Virus record (IMG/VR): IMGVR_UViG_3300046779_001269
Coordinates: 32,001 to 96,000 of that record
Strand: one strand, 5' to 3'
From: a virus
Length of the DNA stretch: 64,000 nucleotides
The notes beneath the pieces were generated by a model. That model had not been told where the DNA came from, ran no database searches, and saw only the letters and a list, made by a program, of their open reading frames with translations. Shown piece by piece: positions 33,336-43,047 of this stretch; the stretch's first letter is position 1; each line of letters begins with the position of its first letter. Position numbers and translations under genes: made by a program.

Positions 33336-33848
33336 TTATAATGTCAAGTATTTGTATGATTCGTATCTAAAATTTGCCGTAGCTGTTATGATAGTTTCGG
33401 CTGATAAAGTTGTGTCGAATTGTATGTCTGACATAGACAAAGGAAATACATTTAGGTATTGTATTCTTATAACTGGATTATTCAACGCATTTAATACCGT
33501 AAGAGTGGCATCTGAAAAGTGTTTATTAACTTTACTATTTGTATCACTGTTTCTATCACCAAAGCCATCAGGACCAGCAATTGATATAAACCAATCGTAC
33601 ATATTCTTCCATGATTCCATTTCTTCATCAATTGTGAATGATACATCCAATTGATTGTAACTTAGTTTGGTACCAGGAGAATATTGATCCAAGAATGGAG
33701 TCGCTCTAACAACCTCACCTAGAGATAGTCCAGGCAAGTTAACTGATTGACAGAAATACTGTACCGCTGGCATTCTACTGAATGTCAACAAGAACTTGGT
33801 AGGTTGTAATAAGTTGGTGTTTTGTGGTGCTCTATTGAATACAGACAT
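33336..33848 (-). CDS. gp3: tail completion/sheath stabiliser gp3
   Basis: NLLQPTKF, YFCQSVNLPG, FSDATL. Confidence 0.88.
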   Translation of the reverse strand: MSVFNRAPQNTNLLQPTKFLLTFSRMPAVQYFCQSVNLPGLSLGEVVRATPFLDQYSPGTKLSYNQLDVSFTIDEEMESWKNMYDWFISIAGPDGFGDRNSDTNSKVNKHFSDATLTVLNALNNPVIRIQYLNVFPLSMSDIQFDTTLSAETIITATANFRYESYKYLTL

Positions 33849-33879
33849 TTAATTTCCTCATATGTATTATTTAGGAGCC

Positions 33880-33907
33880 AAAAAAAAGACCACCCGAAGG
33901 TGGTCTT
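33880..33907 (-). terminator. intrinsic terminator after gp23
   Basis: GACCACC-TTCG-GGTGGTC plus T8. Confidence 0.9.
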
Positions 33908-33946
33908 GAAAACGACACTCTGTGGTGTCTTTGTTTTCCTTGATAA

Positions 33947-35296
33947 TTACATCAAGTTCTTTACTGCAAAAATGCGGTAGTACACGTTTGAGCGTGGTGT
34001 GATTTGGTTTGTGGCTGCGCCGTTTGCCAAAGCACCCTTTGCGAATGGGTTTGGAACCATGCCGTAACGAGTCTTGAAACCAATCTTTGGTTGGAATGTG
34101 AACTGGTCAACTGCACGAACCATTTGTAGAGGAACGTATGGGCAGTAGAACAAACCAGCGTCATAAGGAGATGAACCCTTGTAACCAACTGTTACCAATT
34201 CTTGGTTAGATGTGTAACCACCGAAGTATGGGTCGATGTACACTTTGATACGACCGTGCAACAAACCAGCGAAGGTGTTACCTGTGTCATCAACTTGCAA
34301 GTCAGCTTGCAATGCAGGTGTGTACTGCAATACGCCAGCCATAGCCATAGCAGATGCAACGTCTGAAGAAACAATCAGAACGTTACCTTTACCACGACGA
34401 GTCTGTTTTGCAATAACGTTTGCATCACGTTCGATTTGGAAAATCAAACCTTTGAAACGTTCAACTGACCAACGACCGTTAGAGTCTGTGTCCAAGTCGA
34501 AAGCACCAGCAGTTGTAACACCGTATTGAGCACCAGCAACAGCAGATGTGTAGATAGTACGGATAACTTCACGGTTGATTTCAGCCAAGATTTCTGTTGA
34601 CAGAATGTTTGACAATTCTGTTTCAGCATCCAAACCATGGATTGCCTTCAAGTCTTGTGCCAATTCAAGTGAGTATTCTGCCTTCAAAGCACGGCTTTGA
34701 GCAGTAACTGTAACCTTCTCGATAGAGAAAGCCATTTGACCGAACACGCTATCTGAATCTGCACCAAGTGCTTCAGCAGTAGCTGTAGGCATACCAATAC
34801 CTGTTGTGAATGCGTTAGCAGTCAATGATGCAACTGGGTTTGTTGCGATATCATTGTCTGGTGTTGTTGTACCACGGAAACCGTATGGGTTAGCAGCAGA
34901 TGAAGCACCAGAGAATACTGTGTTTGCTTCGTTGAAGAATGCTTCTGCGCCAGTTTGGTTTGCGTAACGAGCACGCATTGCGAAAATCAAACCTGTTGGG
35001 CCTGTCATTGGCTGAACGCCAGCAACATCATAAGCAATCAAGTTTGGCAATGAACGGCGAACCAAGCTAATCAAGATTGGGTCGAAGTTGCTGATTGCAG
35101 AACCAGTAACGTTGGTAGGTGCACCTGTACCGTATGCTGTTTCATTCAAAGCTTGTGCATCTTGGTGCATAGCTTGTTGTTGGTTTTCCAAAACAAGTGC
35201 TGTAACTGCTTTCTTGTATGGGTCTTTAATTGCTTCTAATTCTGGGTGTTCCAGAACTGGTTGCCATTTCTTTTGTAGTTCTTCTGTTAGATACAT
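33947..35296 (-). CDS. gp23: major capsid protein gp23
   Basis: GVQPMTGPTGLIFAMR, AQDLKAIHGLDAE, FQPKIGFKTRYG. Confidence 0.98.
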   Translation of the reverse strand: MYLTEELQKKWQPVLEHPELEAIKDPYKKAVTALVLENQQQAMHQDAQALNETAYGTGAPTNVTGSAISNFDPILISLVRRSLPNLIAYDVAGVQPMTGPTGLIFAMRARYANQTGAEAFFNEANTVFSGASSAANPYGFRGTTTPDNDIATNPVASLTANAFTTGIGMPTATAEALGADSDSVFGQMAFSIEKVTVTAQSRALKAEYSLELAQDLKAIHGLDAETELSNILSTEILAEINREVIRTIYTSAVAGAQYGVTTAGAFDLDTDSNGRWSVERFKGLIFQIERDANVIAKQTRRGKGNVLIVSSDVASAMAMAGVLQYTPALQADLQVDDTGNTFAGLLHGRIKVYIDPYFGGYTSNQELVTVGYKGSSPYDAGLFYCPYVPLQMVRAVDQFTFQPKIGFKTRYGMVPNPFAKGALANGAATNQITPRSNVYYRIFAVKNLM

Positions 35297-35343
35297 GAAT
35301 TAACTCCTTGTAGGTATCTTTATTAAAAAAGGTAATTTATTTA

Positions 35344-36534
35344 TTATTTTACCAAAGTCTGGGAAATTGTCTTGGCGTAAGCTTCAATCAAAGCATCTGA
35401 ACCTGCTGCCTTAGCTGGTTTTTCTTCTTCAATTAAAACTTCGTCATTCAATGCAGAACTGTCAGCAGTTTTCACATTAGAAGCAAAGTAAGATTCTTTC
35501 AATGTTTCTAGTTTACCTGCAAATTCTTCTTCGGTAGTAAATTCAATACCCTCTGTGAGTGATTTCATTTTTTCTACTTGAGTCTGCGTTAAGCCTTCAC
35601 AAACTGCGTGTACGGCTTCAATCTTTTTGTGTTCTTTGATTTCTTTTGACAAGTCGATAGCTGATTTGATTTGTTCATTCAATTCAGATTCTAGTTCTTC
35701 AACACGAGCTGTCAATTCTTCCACAACATCAACCTTGTCTGTTGGAATGTCAATGTAGTGTTCTACGAATAGGTTACGCAAGCCAGACATGAAATCTTCA
35801 ACGATTTCGGCACGTAGACCTTTTTCGATTGCCAATCTATTTTCTTCGATCCATTCTTCAACCATATAGTTTAGATAGTCGTCAACTTTAGATGCCAATT
35901 CTTCTTTGACTTGTTCAACAGCTTCGTTGAATTGTTCTTGCAATTGTTCTTCTGCTTCTGCAATAACTTCTTCTGCACGAGCAATAACTGCCGCTTCGAA
36001 GATTGTTGCTGCTTTGTTAGCAAATTCTTCAGAAAGGTTTTCGCCTTGCAACAAAGCGTCAATGTCTTCTTTCATCTTTTCTTTCTTCAATGCAGCCTTG
36101 ATTTGTTTTGCATCTTCAGCAGCATCTTCGTGACCTTCGTCTTTTTCTTCAGCAACTACTTCACCATCTTCTTCGGTTTCTTCACCGTAAGATTGGAATG
36201 TAGCACCTGGGTTCTTTGCCATAGTTTGTTTACCTGGCTTACCTTCTGGTTGGTCAACAGAACCAGATTGTGCTGGTTGACCAGACAATTTCTTCATTGG
36301 TTCTGAACCGACTGGAGGTGTTGCTCCTGGTGCAGTTGCTGTTGGTGCGCCTTTGTGTGCATCTGGTGCACCATCGGTTGTCTTAGTAACTTCTGTGCCA
36401 ATGTCGCCAGCTTCTTTAGTGCCGTATGCAACATCGCCAGATAATTTTTGGGGTTTATCTTGACCACCTTTTTTGCTTGATACTGACGCACCAAGAATTT
36501 CTTTAGCGGCTTCTGATAGGTTAAATCTTTTCAT
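35344..36534 (-). CDS. gp22: prohead core scaffold gp22
   Basis: LSEEFANKAATIFEAAV, acidic coiled coil; synteny. Confidence 0.92.
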   Translation of the reverse strand: MKRFNLSEAAKEILGASVSSKKGGQDKPQKLSGDVAYGTKEAGDIGTEVTKTTDGAPDAHKGAPTATAPGATPPVGSEPMKKLSGQPAQSGSVDQPEGKPGKQTMAKNPGATFQSYGEETEEDGEVVAEEKDEGHEDAAEDAKQIKAALKKEKMKEDIDALLQGENLSEEFANKAATIFEAAVIARAEEVIAEAEEQLQEQFNEAVEQVKEELASKVDDYLNYMVEEWIEENRLAIEKGLRAEIVEDFMSGLRNLFVEHYIDIPTDKVDVVEELTARVEELESELNEQIKSAIDLSKEIKEHKKIEAVHAVCEGLTQTQVEKMKSLTEGIEFTTEEEFAGKLETLKESYFASNVKTADSSALNDEVLIEEEKPAKAAGSDALIEAYAKTISQTLVK

Positions 36535-36563
36535 TTTAAAAATCTCCTTGATTTTATATTGGA

Positions 36564-36571
36564 TATTTATA
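36564..36571 (-). promoter_or_regulatory. T4 late promoter TATAAATA
   Basis: Exact consensus upstream of gp22. Confidence 0.8.
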
Positions 36572-36572
36572 T

Positions 36573-37217
36573 TTAAAGTTTTTTCAGGAAGTTTTCGAAA
36601 ATTTGAAGACTAACTTTTTCAATATCCTTACGACTTGCTTGTCTAACTTGTGCAATCGCTTGTTCTTGATTCTGTTCAGTCCAGATTCCGTTAACTAACA
36701 TCCATTCTTTTCCTTCCATGATACCTTGCACGAAAGCACCAGGTGCGGAAGGGTCTGCTACAATATCTGCCGCTGTGGCTAGATAAAAGTCGGGTTGTAC
36801 TATGTTGACACCATTAACGGTCTTCAATGAACCCATACCTCTTGATGAAACACCGAGTTGTGCGCCGCCTTCGATTAGACTCTTGGCGATATTACCCATT
36901 GGTGTCTCTAAAATTTTTGCTTTACCAATCCACTGGTTACCATCTTCACGCAGTCCTTTGATAAGAATTGCGACACGGTCCAAGTTAATTGATGGTGTAT
37001 CTGGGTGACCCAGTTCACCGAAAGCACGGTTTTTATTGATATATTCTTCTGTATAACGACCAACTTCATTCTTCATGGTCTCAAATTCATACAGTCTTTT
37101 ATTCTTGTTAACTTTTTCGGCGACAAGGAAAGGTCCTTCAATAAAGAGGCTCTTCTTACCATCCGCATCTTCGGTAAGGTAATTTACCGTTTCGTTAATC
37201 TCTTTAATGAGTTTCAT
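36573..37217 (-). CDS. gp21: prohead protease gp21
   Basis: GELGHP, GVSSRGMGS, DIVADPSAP. Confidence 0.96.
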   Translation of the reverse strand: MKLIKEINETVNYLTEDADGKKSLFIEGPFLVAEKVNKNKRLYEFETMKNEVGRYTEEYINKNRAFGELGHPDTPSINLDRVAILIKGLREDGNQWIGKAKILETPMGNIAKSLIEGGAQLGVSSRGMGSLKTVNGVNIVQPDFYLATAADIVADPSAPGAFVQGIMEGKEWMLVNGIWTEQNQEQAIAQVRQASRKDIEKVSLQIFENFLKKL

Positions 37218-37669
37218 AATCCCATTGCCTTTCTTCTTCTAAGAGACATTTTTCTCTTTCGTAATATCTGACTTCTCTTTGACCTCAATTTGATTTTAAC
37301 TCTCCTTGCTGCCATTTTTCTATTTCTTCTTTCCATCGGAGACATTCTAATCAGTTTTCCACCACGATAGGTGAAACCCTTTACATTAGAAAGTTTCTTT
37401 CTCCTCTGTACTTTTCCATTACGAACACGAACTCGAACCAATTTAGTTCTGCCCATTTTTTGTATGTTTGCTTCAGAAATACTTTCGTCATCTTCATACA
37501 ATTCATCATCTTCTTCTATCTCTTGCCATATGTCACCAAACATTTCTGTAGCTAACTGCATTTTAAATTGTTGGAGTTTTTGTTCCAACAATTCATTTAT
37601 ACGGTTATTAATATTCTCTTGGGATTCTAATAACTTTCCTTCAAGAATATTGGTGACAAAATCTTTCAT
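37214..37669 (-). CDS. prohead core protein (gp68-like)
   Basis: Basic C-terminus ...KRKMSLRRRKAMGL directly before gp21. Confidence 0.7.
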   Translation of the reverse strand: MKDFVTNILEGKLLESQENINNRINELLEQKLQQFKMQLATEMFGDIWQEIEEDDELYEDDESISEANIQKMGRTKLVRVRVRNGKVQRRKKLSNVKGFTYRGGKLIRMSPMERRNRKMAARRVKIKLRSKRSQILRKRKMSLRRRKAMGL

Positions 37670-37670
37670 A

Positions 37671-38192
37671 TTACGGTTTTAAACTATATTCACCGTAGTT
37701 AAACGCAGCAGGATCATTAAACTGACCACGCTGATAGTATGCATTGTCTTTACGCAATTCAATAATCATTGTATAACTATCTCCAGCAGTCATGTTTCTG
37801 GTTGTGATACCAATGTCACCATTTCTTCCTGTGCCTGCATTGTTTGGTATTGTTGTCCAGTTACCCATGCCGTCAAATTCACCGTTACCACTCAAGTACA
37901 TAAGTGTTGCTGGTGTATCTGCTGTCCATAAAAGTTGTACATCACCGTTAGATGTGCAGTCATACCACAAACGATTTAGTGCCAATCCATAGTAGGCCTG
38001 TGTTGTGTTTGCTGAACCACCATGAATGTTTGCAACAGGATAACCGTTAGTAGCAAGAGCACCATATAGTGAGTTTGCAACAATACGAGCTGTATTACTT
38101 TCTTGACCAGAACCATCAAATGAACCTGTCAACTTAATAACAGTATGTTCAGTTGTGTCTTTAATCACTTGAGATGTGTATGAGTTTGCCAT
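37671..38192 (-). CDS. hypothetical virion protein
   Basis: ORF in head cluster; GDIGITT...YTMIIELRK. Confidence 0.65.
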   Translation of the reverse strand: MANSYTSQVIKDTTEHTVIKLTGSFDGSGQESNTARIVANSLYGALATNGYPVANIHGGSANTTQAYYGLALNRLWYDCTSNGDVQLLWTADTPATLMYLSGNGEFDGMGNWTTIPNNAGTGRNGDIGITTRNMTAGDSYTMIIELRKDNAYYQRGQFNDPAAFNYGEYSLKP

Positions 38193-38194
38193 TT

Positions 38195-38764
38195 TTATTT
38201 CCTATTGTTTTTTTGTGACCAAGAAAAATCTACTAATCGGTCAAACATTTCTCTACTTTGTTGTCCCATTTCAGCAACCATTTTTTTATTTTCTTTATCC
38301 AAAGAATTATATACTTCTAAAATGGTTGCAGCAGTCTGCACATTAACTTTTTTAGTTTTGCCATCTTCAAACATAATGGTCTTAGTATATCTATTTTCCA
38401 CTATATCTTTTAGATGTTCTACAATACCTTGGTCAACAATTTCAATTTCTTCGTTGACACCTGCAAGGCCTACATGAGCACTCCATTGCATTGGTGTGTA
38501 CGGTACCGATATGTATTTATTAATTTTATCCACAAAATACAACGCTACTCTTTGACCATTAGGGAACAACCTGATTGATGTTCTACGCATCAACAACACT
38601 GCTGGTGGATCTGATGGTAGTGCTGGTCCATTTCTAAATGCACCAGCTTCCATTATGCCAACTGAGTCTAATGTTTCCAATGGCATTTCATCCAAAGATA
38701 ATACTTCTTCGGTTACTTCCTCTTTTTGAGGTTGACTGGCAACAAACTCTTTAAGTGACTTCAT
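38195..38764 (-). CDS. hypothetical head-cluster protein
   Basis: MKSLKEFV N-terminus; DPPAVLLMRR. Confidence 0.65.
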   Translation of the reverse strand: MKSLKEFVASQPQKEEVTEEVLSLDEMPLETLDSVGIMEAGAFRNGPALPSDPPAVLLMRRTSIRLFPNGQRVALYFVDKINKYISVPYTPMQWSAHVGLAGVNEEIEIVDQGIVEHLKDIVENRYTKTIMFEDGKTKKVNVQTAATILEVYNSLDKENKKMVAEMGQQSREMFDRLVDFSWSQKNNRK

Positions 38765-38765
38765 A

Positions 38766-38960
38766 TTACTCAGCGGTTGGTTCTTCTTCTTGTTGTTCTT
38801 CTTGTTCTTCTTCTGGTGTAATCAAGTTCTTTGCAATGCTTTGTTTCATTGTATCCAGATGTGCAGTAACACGGTCATGAATGCCAGCATACAATGCATT
38901 ACGCATTTCTGCTCCATTGTCGTCTGCTGCATAGTCAATAATATCTCTAGTTGTTGGCAT
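38766..38960 (-). CDS. small acidic prohead core protein (gp67-like)
   Basis: Directly after portal; Glu-rich tail. Confidence 0.6.
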   Translation of the reverse strand: MPTTRDIIDYAADDNGAEMRNALYAGIHDRVTAHLDTMKQSIAKNLITPEEEQEEQQEEEPTAE

Positions 38961-38981
38961 AATTTTCTCCTGGTAAAATAA

Positions 38982-38989
38982 TATTTATA
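38982..38989 (-). promoter_or_regulatory. T4 late promoter TATAAATA
   Basis: Exact consensus overlapping the gp20 stop. Confidence 0.75.
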
Positions 38990-40655
38990 GTATACGCTTC
39001 AATTTATCAAATGTTCTAGATTCATTCTTCTTCTTGGCCGCAGCAGCTGCATCAGCCATATCTTGTTGTGCTTGAATGTCATCTGGATGTGTAGGTTGAC
39101 CAGGTACATCACTCATCATCTGAGCCTGTGCAACGTCATTCATAACACCAACTGGCATTCCAAGACCTTCATCTTTCTCTTTGTCAATCTCTTTTTGCAT
39201 CTCTTTGATTTCGTCATCAGATAGACGCAATACATTTCTTTGAATCCATTTTTGTGAGAAGTAACGACCAGTGTATGGATCAACCGCACCCAATAGTTGT
39301 AAACGGTTAGTCATCAACTCTGCCTCTTTCAATTCAGCAAAGTTGTTGTCCTTGATAAAGTCGTAATGAATATGTTCTTTGAAGTCTTCCCATTCTTCTG
39401 CTGTACAAATACCTTTCAGTACACACTGAACTCTTAGTATTTGGTCGAACACATCAGAAAACTTATTGCGTAGGCGGTCCACAAATTTAGTAAATTTCAA
39501 TTCGTCACGTGTTACTTCAGCAACACGGCCAATAGAGAATCCTTGGTTTGGTTCTAACCTGGAGATTGGAACACACAAAGAACCATATAACTTCTTTTGG
39601 AAATATTTAACATCTTCCAACTCACCTAGGTTCTGTCCACCTGGTAGTGTGGTGATTTCTGTACCCTTACCACCTTCACGGCGAGGTAACCAGAAGTCTT
39701 CCATCATAGACATGAATTTACGGTCATCACGGACTTCACCTGTGTTGGCATCGTAAACTAATTTGTTTTTATACTTGACCATGATATCACGCAAGTATTG
39801 TTCCGCTTTCAACTTTGGTAAATTACCCACATCAATGTAGAAAATGCGGCGTTCTGGAGCTCTTGAAATACGGTATATGACCGTTGCATCCTCTATCATT
39901 CTTAATTGATTTAGAGGCTTAATTGCTTTATGTAAATAACTCAGAACAACTGAACGGCGTGAGTCCATTAGACCTGATACAACAGACACGATAGAATCAT
40001 TTGTGATTCTGATACCAACAGGTCCAAAATTGGATGAATTGCCTGTGGTAACCTTGTCGTTATAAATGTAATACTCATTGATAACCACATTCAGGTCTGC
40101 ACCAGTACGCTCGTCTTTTTTCTTTTTAATTTCACGAATCTTGCGTAGTTTTCGTGGATCAATGTATCTTAGTTCTTTGATACCAGCTGTTGGATTTTCT
40201 CTGTCGATAATCATGTGGTAGTACATTCTACCATCAATGTAATATCTGCGGAAAATATCTTGTGCCATGTTTTGGTAATTCAACATCTTTAATACAGATT
40301 TGAATTCTTCTTTGATGGCTTTTTTAATTTTATCTGGTTGTTTTAGGTCGTCTAAAATAATCTCTGTGATTCGACCGTCATCATCTTGTGTGATTGCCTC
40401 ATTAACTATGTCATCTATTGCCGACTCAATTTCTGGTTGCATTGCCATTTCACGGTAACGAGATATTAATTCCACCTCATTTTTGGCAGTACCATCCAAA
40501 TCTACATAAGTGCCATAATAGGCAGCAGATGTAATAGTTAATGCACCATCCTCATTCTGAGGGGGTGTAAATGATTGTTGGGTTGAAGCTTCTTCTTCCG
40601 CTTTGTCACGGGAGATAGTAAAACCGAACAATGAAAATTTATTTGATGTTGACAT
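38985..40655 (-). CDS. gp20: portal protein gp20
   Basis: YRISRAPERRIFYIDVGNLP, EDFWLPRREGGKGTEI. Confidence 0.98.
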   Translation of the reverse strand: MSTSNKFSLFGFTISRDKAEEEASTQQSFTPPQNEDGALTITSAAYYGTYVDLDGTAKNEVELISRYREMAMQPEIESAIDDIVNEAITQDDDGRITEIILDDLKQPDKIKKAIKEEFKSVLKMLNYQNMAQDIFRRYYIDGRMYYHMIIDRENPTAGIKELRYIDPRKLRKIREIKKKKDERTGADLNVVINEYYIYNDKVTTGNSSNFGPVGIRITNDSIVSVVSGLMDSRRSVVLSYLHKAIKPLNQLRMIEDATVIYRISRAPERRIFYIDVGNLPKLKAEQYLRDIMVKYKNKLVYDANTGEVRDDRKFMSMMEDFWLPRREGGKGTEITTLPGGQNLGELEDVKYFQKKLYGSLCVPISRLEPNQGFSIGRVAEVTRDELKFTKFVDRLRNKFSDVFDQILRVQCVLKGICTAEEWEDFKEHIHYDFIKDNNFAELKEAELMTNRLQLLGAVDPYTGRYFSQKWIQRNVLRLSDDEIKEMQKEIDKEKDEGLGMPVGVMNDVAQAQMMSDVPGQPTHPDDIQAQQDMADAAAAAKKKNESRTFDKLKRIL

Positions 40656-40685
40656 ATGTGTATTTTTTCATTTTCAAAAAAGCAT

Positions 40686-40709
40686 AAAAGGAGAACCCGA
40701 AGGTTCTCC
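40686..40709 (-). terminator. intrinsic terminator after gp19
   Basis: GGAGAACC-TTCG-GGTTCTCC-TTTT. Confidence 0.85.
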
Positions 40710-40717
40710 GTAAATCA

Positions 40718-41260
40718 TTAAGTAGTTGTTTCTGCTTCCCACCATTGGAAGGCAAATGTTGCTGAGTATTCTTCGATAGAATCATTTGAACCCCAATCTA
40801 GGTCGATTGGTGCAATGTCTAACGGGAACACACCGACAAACTTATAAGTTTTCAATACGTTACCAGATTTACCATATTGGATAACTTCCGCATCAACAGA
40901 GTAATCACTAGGTGATTGGGCTTGAGCACCACGAAGGTTTCCGCCATGACTGTTGATTGCATTTAACCAAGATTCTAAACTGTTGCGAACTGAAAAATCT
41001 TCATCGTTGATGATTTGTAGTGTCCAATCTGGAAATGTTCTGTTACCTGGTAGTTTTAATTCACGACCAAAGTAATAAACAGGAACAGTACCGACTGTTG
41101 AACCTGGTAGTTGTGCGCCTTTGGCCATAAATGTTATTTTACGACCAGCATCGGCACCACCAGCTACAAATGTTGGAAAAACTAGAGACACAGAAAACAG
41201 ATTGGGACGAGCACCGTCTCCAACCATATTCGCTCTAAATTCTGCTACATTGAATGCCAT
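40718..41260 (-). CDS. gp19: tail tube protein gp19
   Basis: GARPNLF, GRELKLPGNRTF, NDEDF, IEEY. Confidence 0.95.
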   Translation of the reverse strand: MAFNVAEFRANMVGDGARPNLFSVSLVFPTFVAGGADAGRKITFMAKGAQLPGSTVGTVPVYYFGRELKLPGNRTFPDWTLQIINDEDFSVRNSLESWLNAINSHGGNLRGAQAQSPSDYSVDAEVIQYGKSGNVLKTYKFVGVFPLDIAPIDLDWGSNDSIEEYSATFAFQWWEAETTT

Positions 41261-41286
41261 TGTTTTCTCCTATTATCGTTTATTTA

Positions 41287-42975
41287 TTAGACTGCACCAA
41301 CGATAGTTGTGAAGTCAACACCACTTCCAACAGCAACGAAATTAAGTTGAATGTAGTTAATTGAACGAGCAGGTTTAATGTAAATGTCACCAACAAATCT
41401 GTTGCTGTCTATGACTTGTGAGGTGTTATTTGTGCCATCACAGACCACTTTGAAATCGGTGATACCACGGCGACCTTGAATGTCACGCAGATATGGAGTA
41501 ATCAATGAAACGAACTGAGCACGAGTGAACTCGTCATTCAATTCAAACAATGAGTACTTGGCAGCAGTTGCAATAGCCTTTTCCAAGATGATGAACAAAC
41601 GGCGAACATTGATTCGGTCAAACGCAGATGGTTTGGTTGTGAATGTTTTGTCACCGAATAGAACGATACCTTGTCCAGGGAATGAGGCAACTGGGTTAAC
41701 ACCAGATGCATACAATGTATCTCTTTGTGAGTTGCTTGGATTCCATGCCAACTTAATTGCATTTTTGATTGCACCACGGTTGAAACCAGCTGGTGAGAAC
41801 CATGGATCACGAACTGAATCTGTGTATACACATAGACCAGCAATATCACCGTTTAATGGAATCCAACGATATACATTGTTGTACTTGTCGAATTGATATT
41901 TCCAACCAGAGTCTGCAAAAGCGTATGTTGTTTTTCTATTCAAGTTAGAAACCCAAGTTGCAATATTTGTTCCTTCGTTTCCTGGAGTATTTACCACATC
42001 ACTTTGTGCAGGTGAAATGAATGCTACACAGTCTACACGAGTTGTGGAAATGTTGTCAATGATGTACTGTTGCAACTGGTATGATGCATCACCTGTAACA
42101 ATCAATGAAATGTCAACAACATCTTTGTTTGCAAATAGAGCGTAAGCTGTTTGTTTGTTGGCCAATGTTGTTGCAACATCAACACCGTTAACCAAATCAA
42201 CAGTAACTACGGAATCTAGAGTTGCAAAAGTTGTTGATGCAAGGCCGCCCCATGTTGAAGTGGTATTAACATAGTCAACAGGATCTACTGCATAAACATA
42301 TCTTGATGAGTTAAAAATTACTTGTTTGTAGTAATTGCTTGCACCGTTCAATGTGGCGTTTGATGCCTTTGATACGAATGGATACACTTCTAGTACTGTA
42401 CCTGCTGTTCCTGTGAACAAACCATCTTGGTCGATAACAATGATGTGTAATTCATCGTTAGAACCACCTGAAGCGGTACAGAAATCTGATGTTCCTGGTG
42501 CAGCATTAAAGTAACCTTTGTATGCCCAAGTACCAAAGTCAGCAGAGTTATCGCAAACAGAAACTCTTAAAGAATTACCCATTGCACCAGGATAACGAGC
42601 CATGAAAGAACCGTTAGTGTTGGTGTTGTCTACATTCAGTAATGTGCTTTCAAATACATCTGAGTTTTTAACCAAAATTTGGCCAGATGAACTTGAGTCT
42701 GCATTTTTTGATGAACTGTTAATTGCACGAACAACTTTCAAATTGTTACCGTATGCCAAGAAATTGGCAGCGCTAAAGAATGATGTTGCTGTGTTAGAAT
42801 TTGGTTTACCAAAGGTGGATACTAAATTTACTTCACTGTCAATGTCTATAATTTTTTCTGCTGGACCCCATTGAAAAGTTCCAGCAAATGCACCGGCAGT
42901 AGTCAGAACAGAAGGAACAACGGTTGTTAGGTCTACTTCTGATACATTAACGCCTGGAGAGATTTGAAACGCCAT
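41287..42975 (-). CDS. gp18: tail sheath protein gp18
   Basis: SPGVNVSEVDLT, WFSPAGFNRG, FDRINVRRLF, IKPARSIN. Confidence 0.97.
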   Translation of the reverse strand: MAFQISPGVNVSEVDLTTVVPSVLTTAGAFAGTFQWGPAEKIIDIDSEVNLVSTFGKPNSNTATSFFSAANFLAYGNNLKVVRAINSSSKNADSSSSGQILVKNSDVFESTLLNVDNTNTNGSFMARYPGAMGNSLRVSVCDNSADFGTWAYKGYFNAAPGTSDFCTASGGSNDELHIIVIDQDGLFTGTAGTVLEVYPFVSKASNATLNGASNYYKQVIFNSSRYVYAVDPVDYVNTTSTWGGLASTTFATLDSVVTVDLVNGVDVATTLANKQTAYALFANKDVVDISLIVTGDASYQLQQYIIDNISTTRVDCVAFISPAQSDVVNTPGNEGTNIATWVSNLNRKTTYAFADSGWKYQFDKYNNVYRWIPLNGDIAGLCVYTDSVRDPWFSPAGFNRGAIKNAIKLAWNPSNSQRDTLYASGVNPVASFPGQGIVLFGDKTFTTKPSAFDRINVRRLFIILEKAIATAAKYSLFELNDEFTRAQFVSLITPYLRDIQGRRGITDFKVVCDGTNNTSQVIDSNRFVGDIYIKPARSINYIQLNFVAVGSGVDFTTIVGAV

Positions 42976-43028
42976 TTTATTCTCCTTGAATTATTATGTG
43001 TTCTTTTGGTACTTTTATACCATAGAGA

Positions 43029-43036
43029 TATTTATG
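43029..43036 (-). promoter_or_regulatory. late promoter CATAAATA
   Basis: Intergenic, upstream of gp18. Confidence 0.65.
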
Positions 43037-43047
43037 AAAGGCTGGAT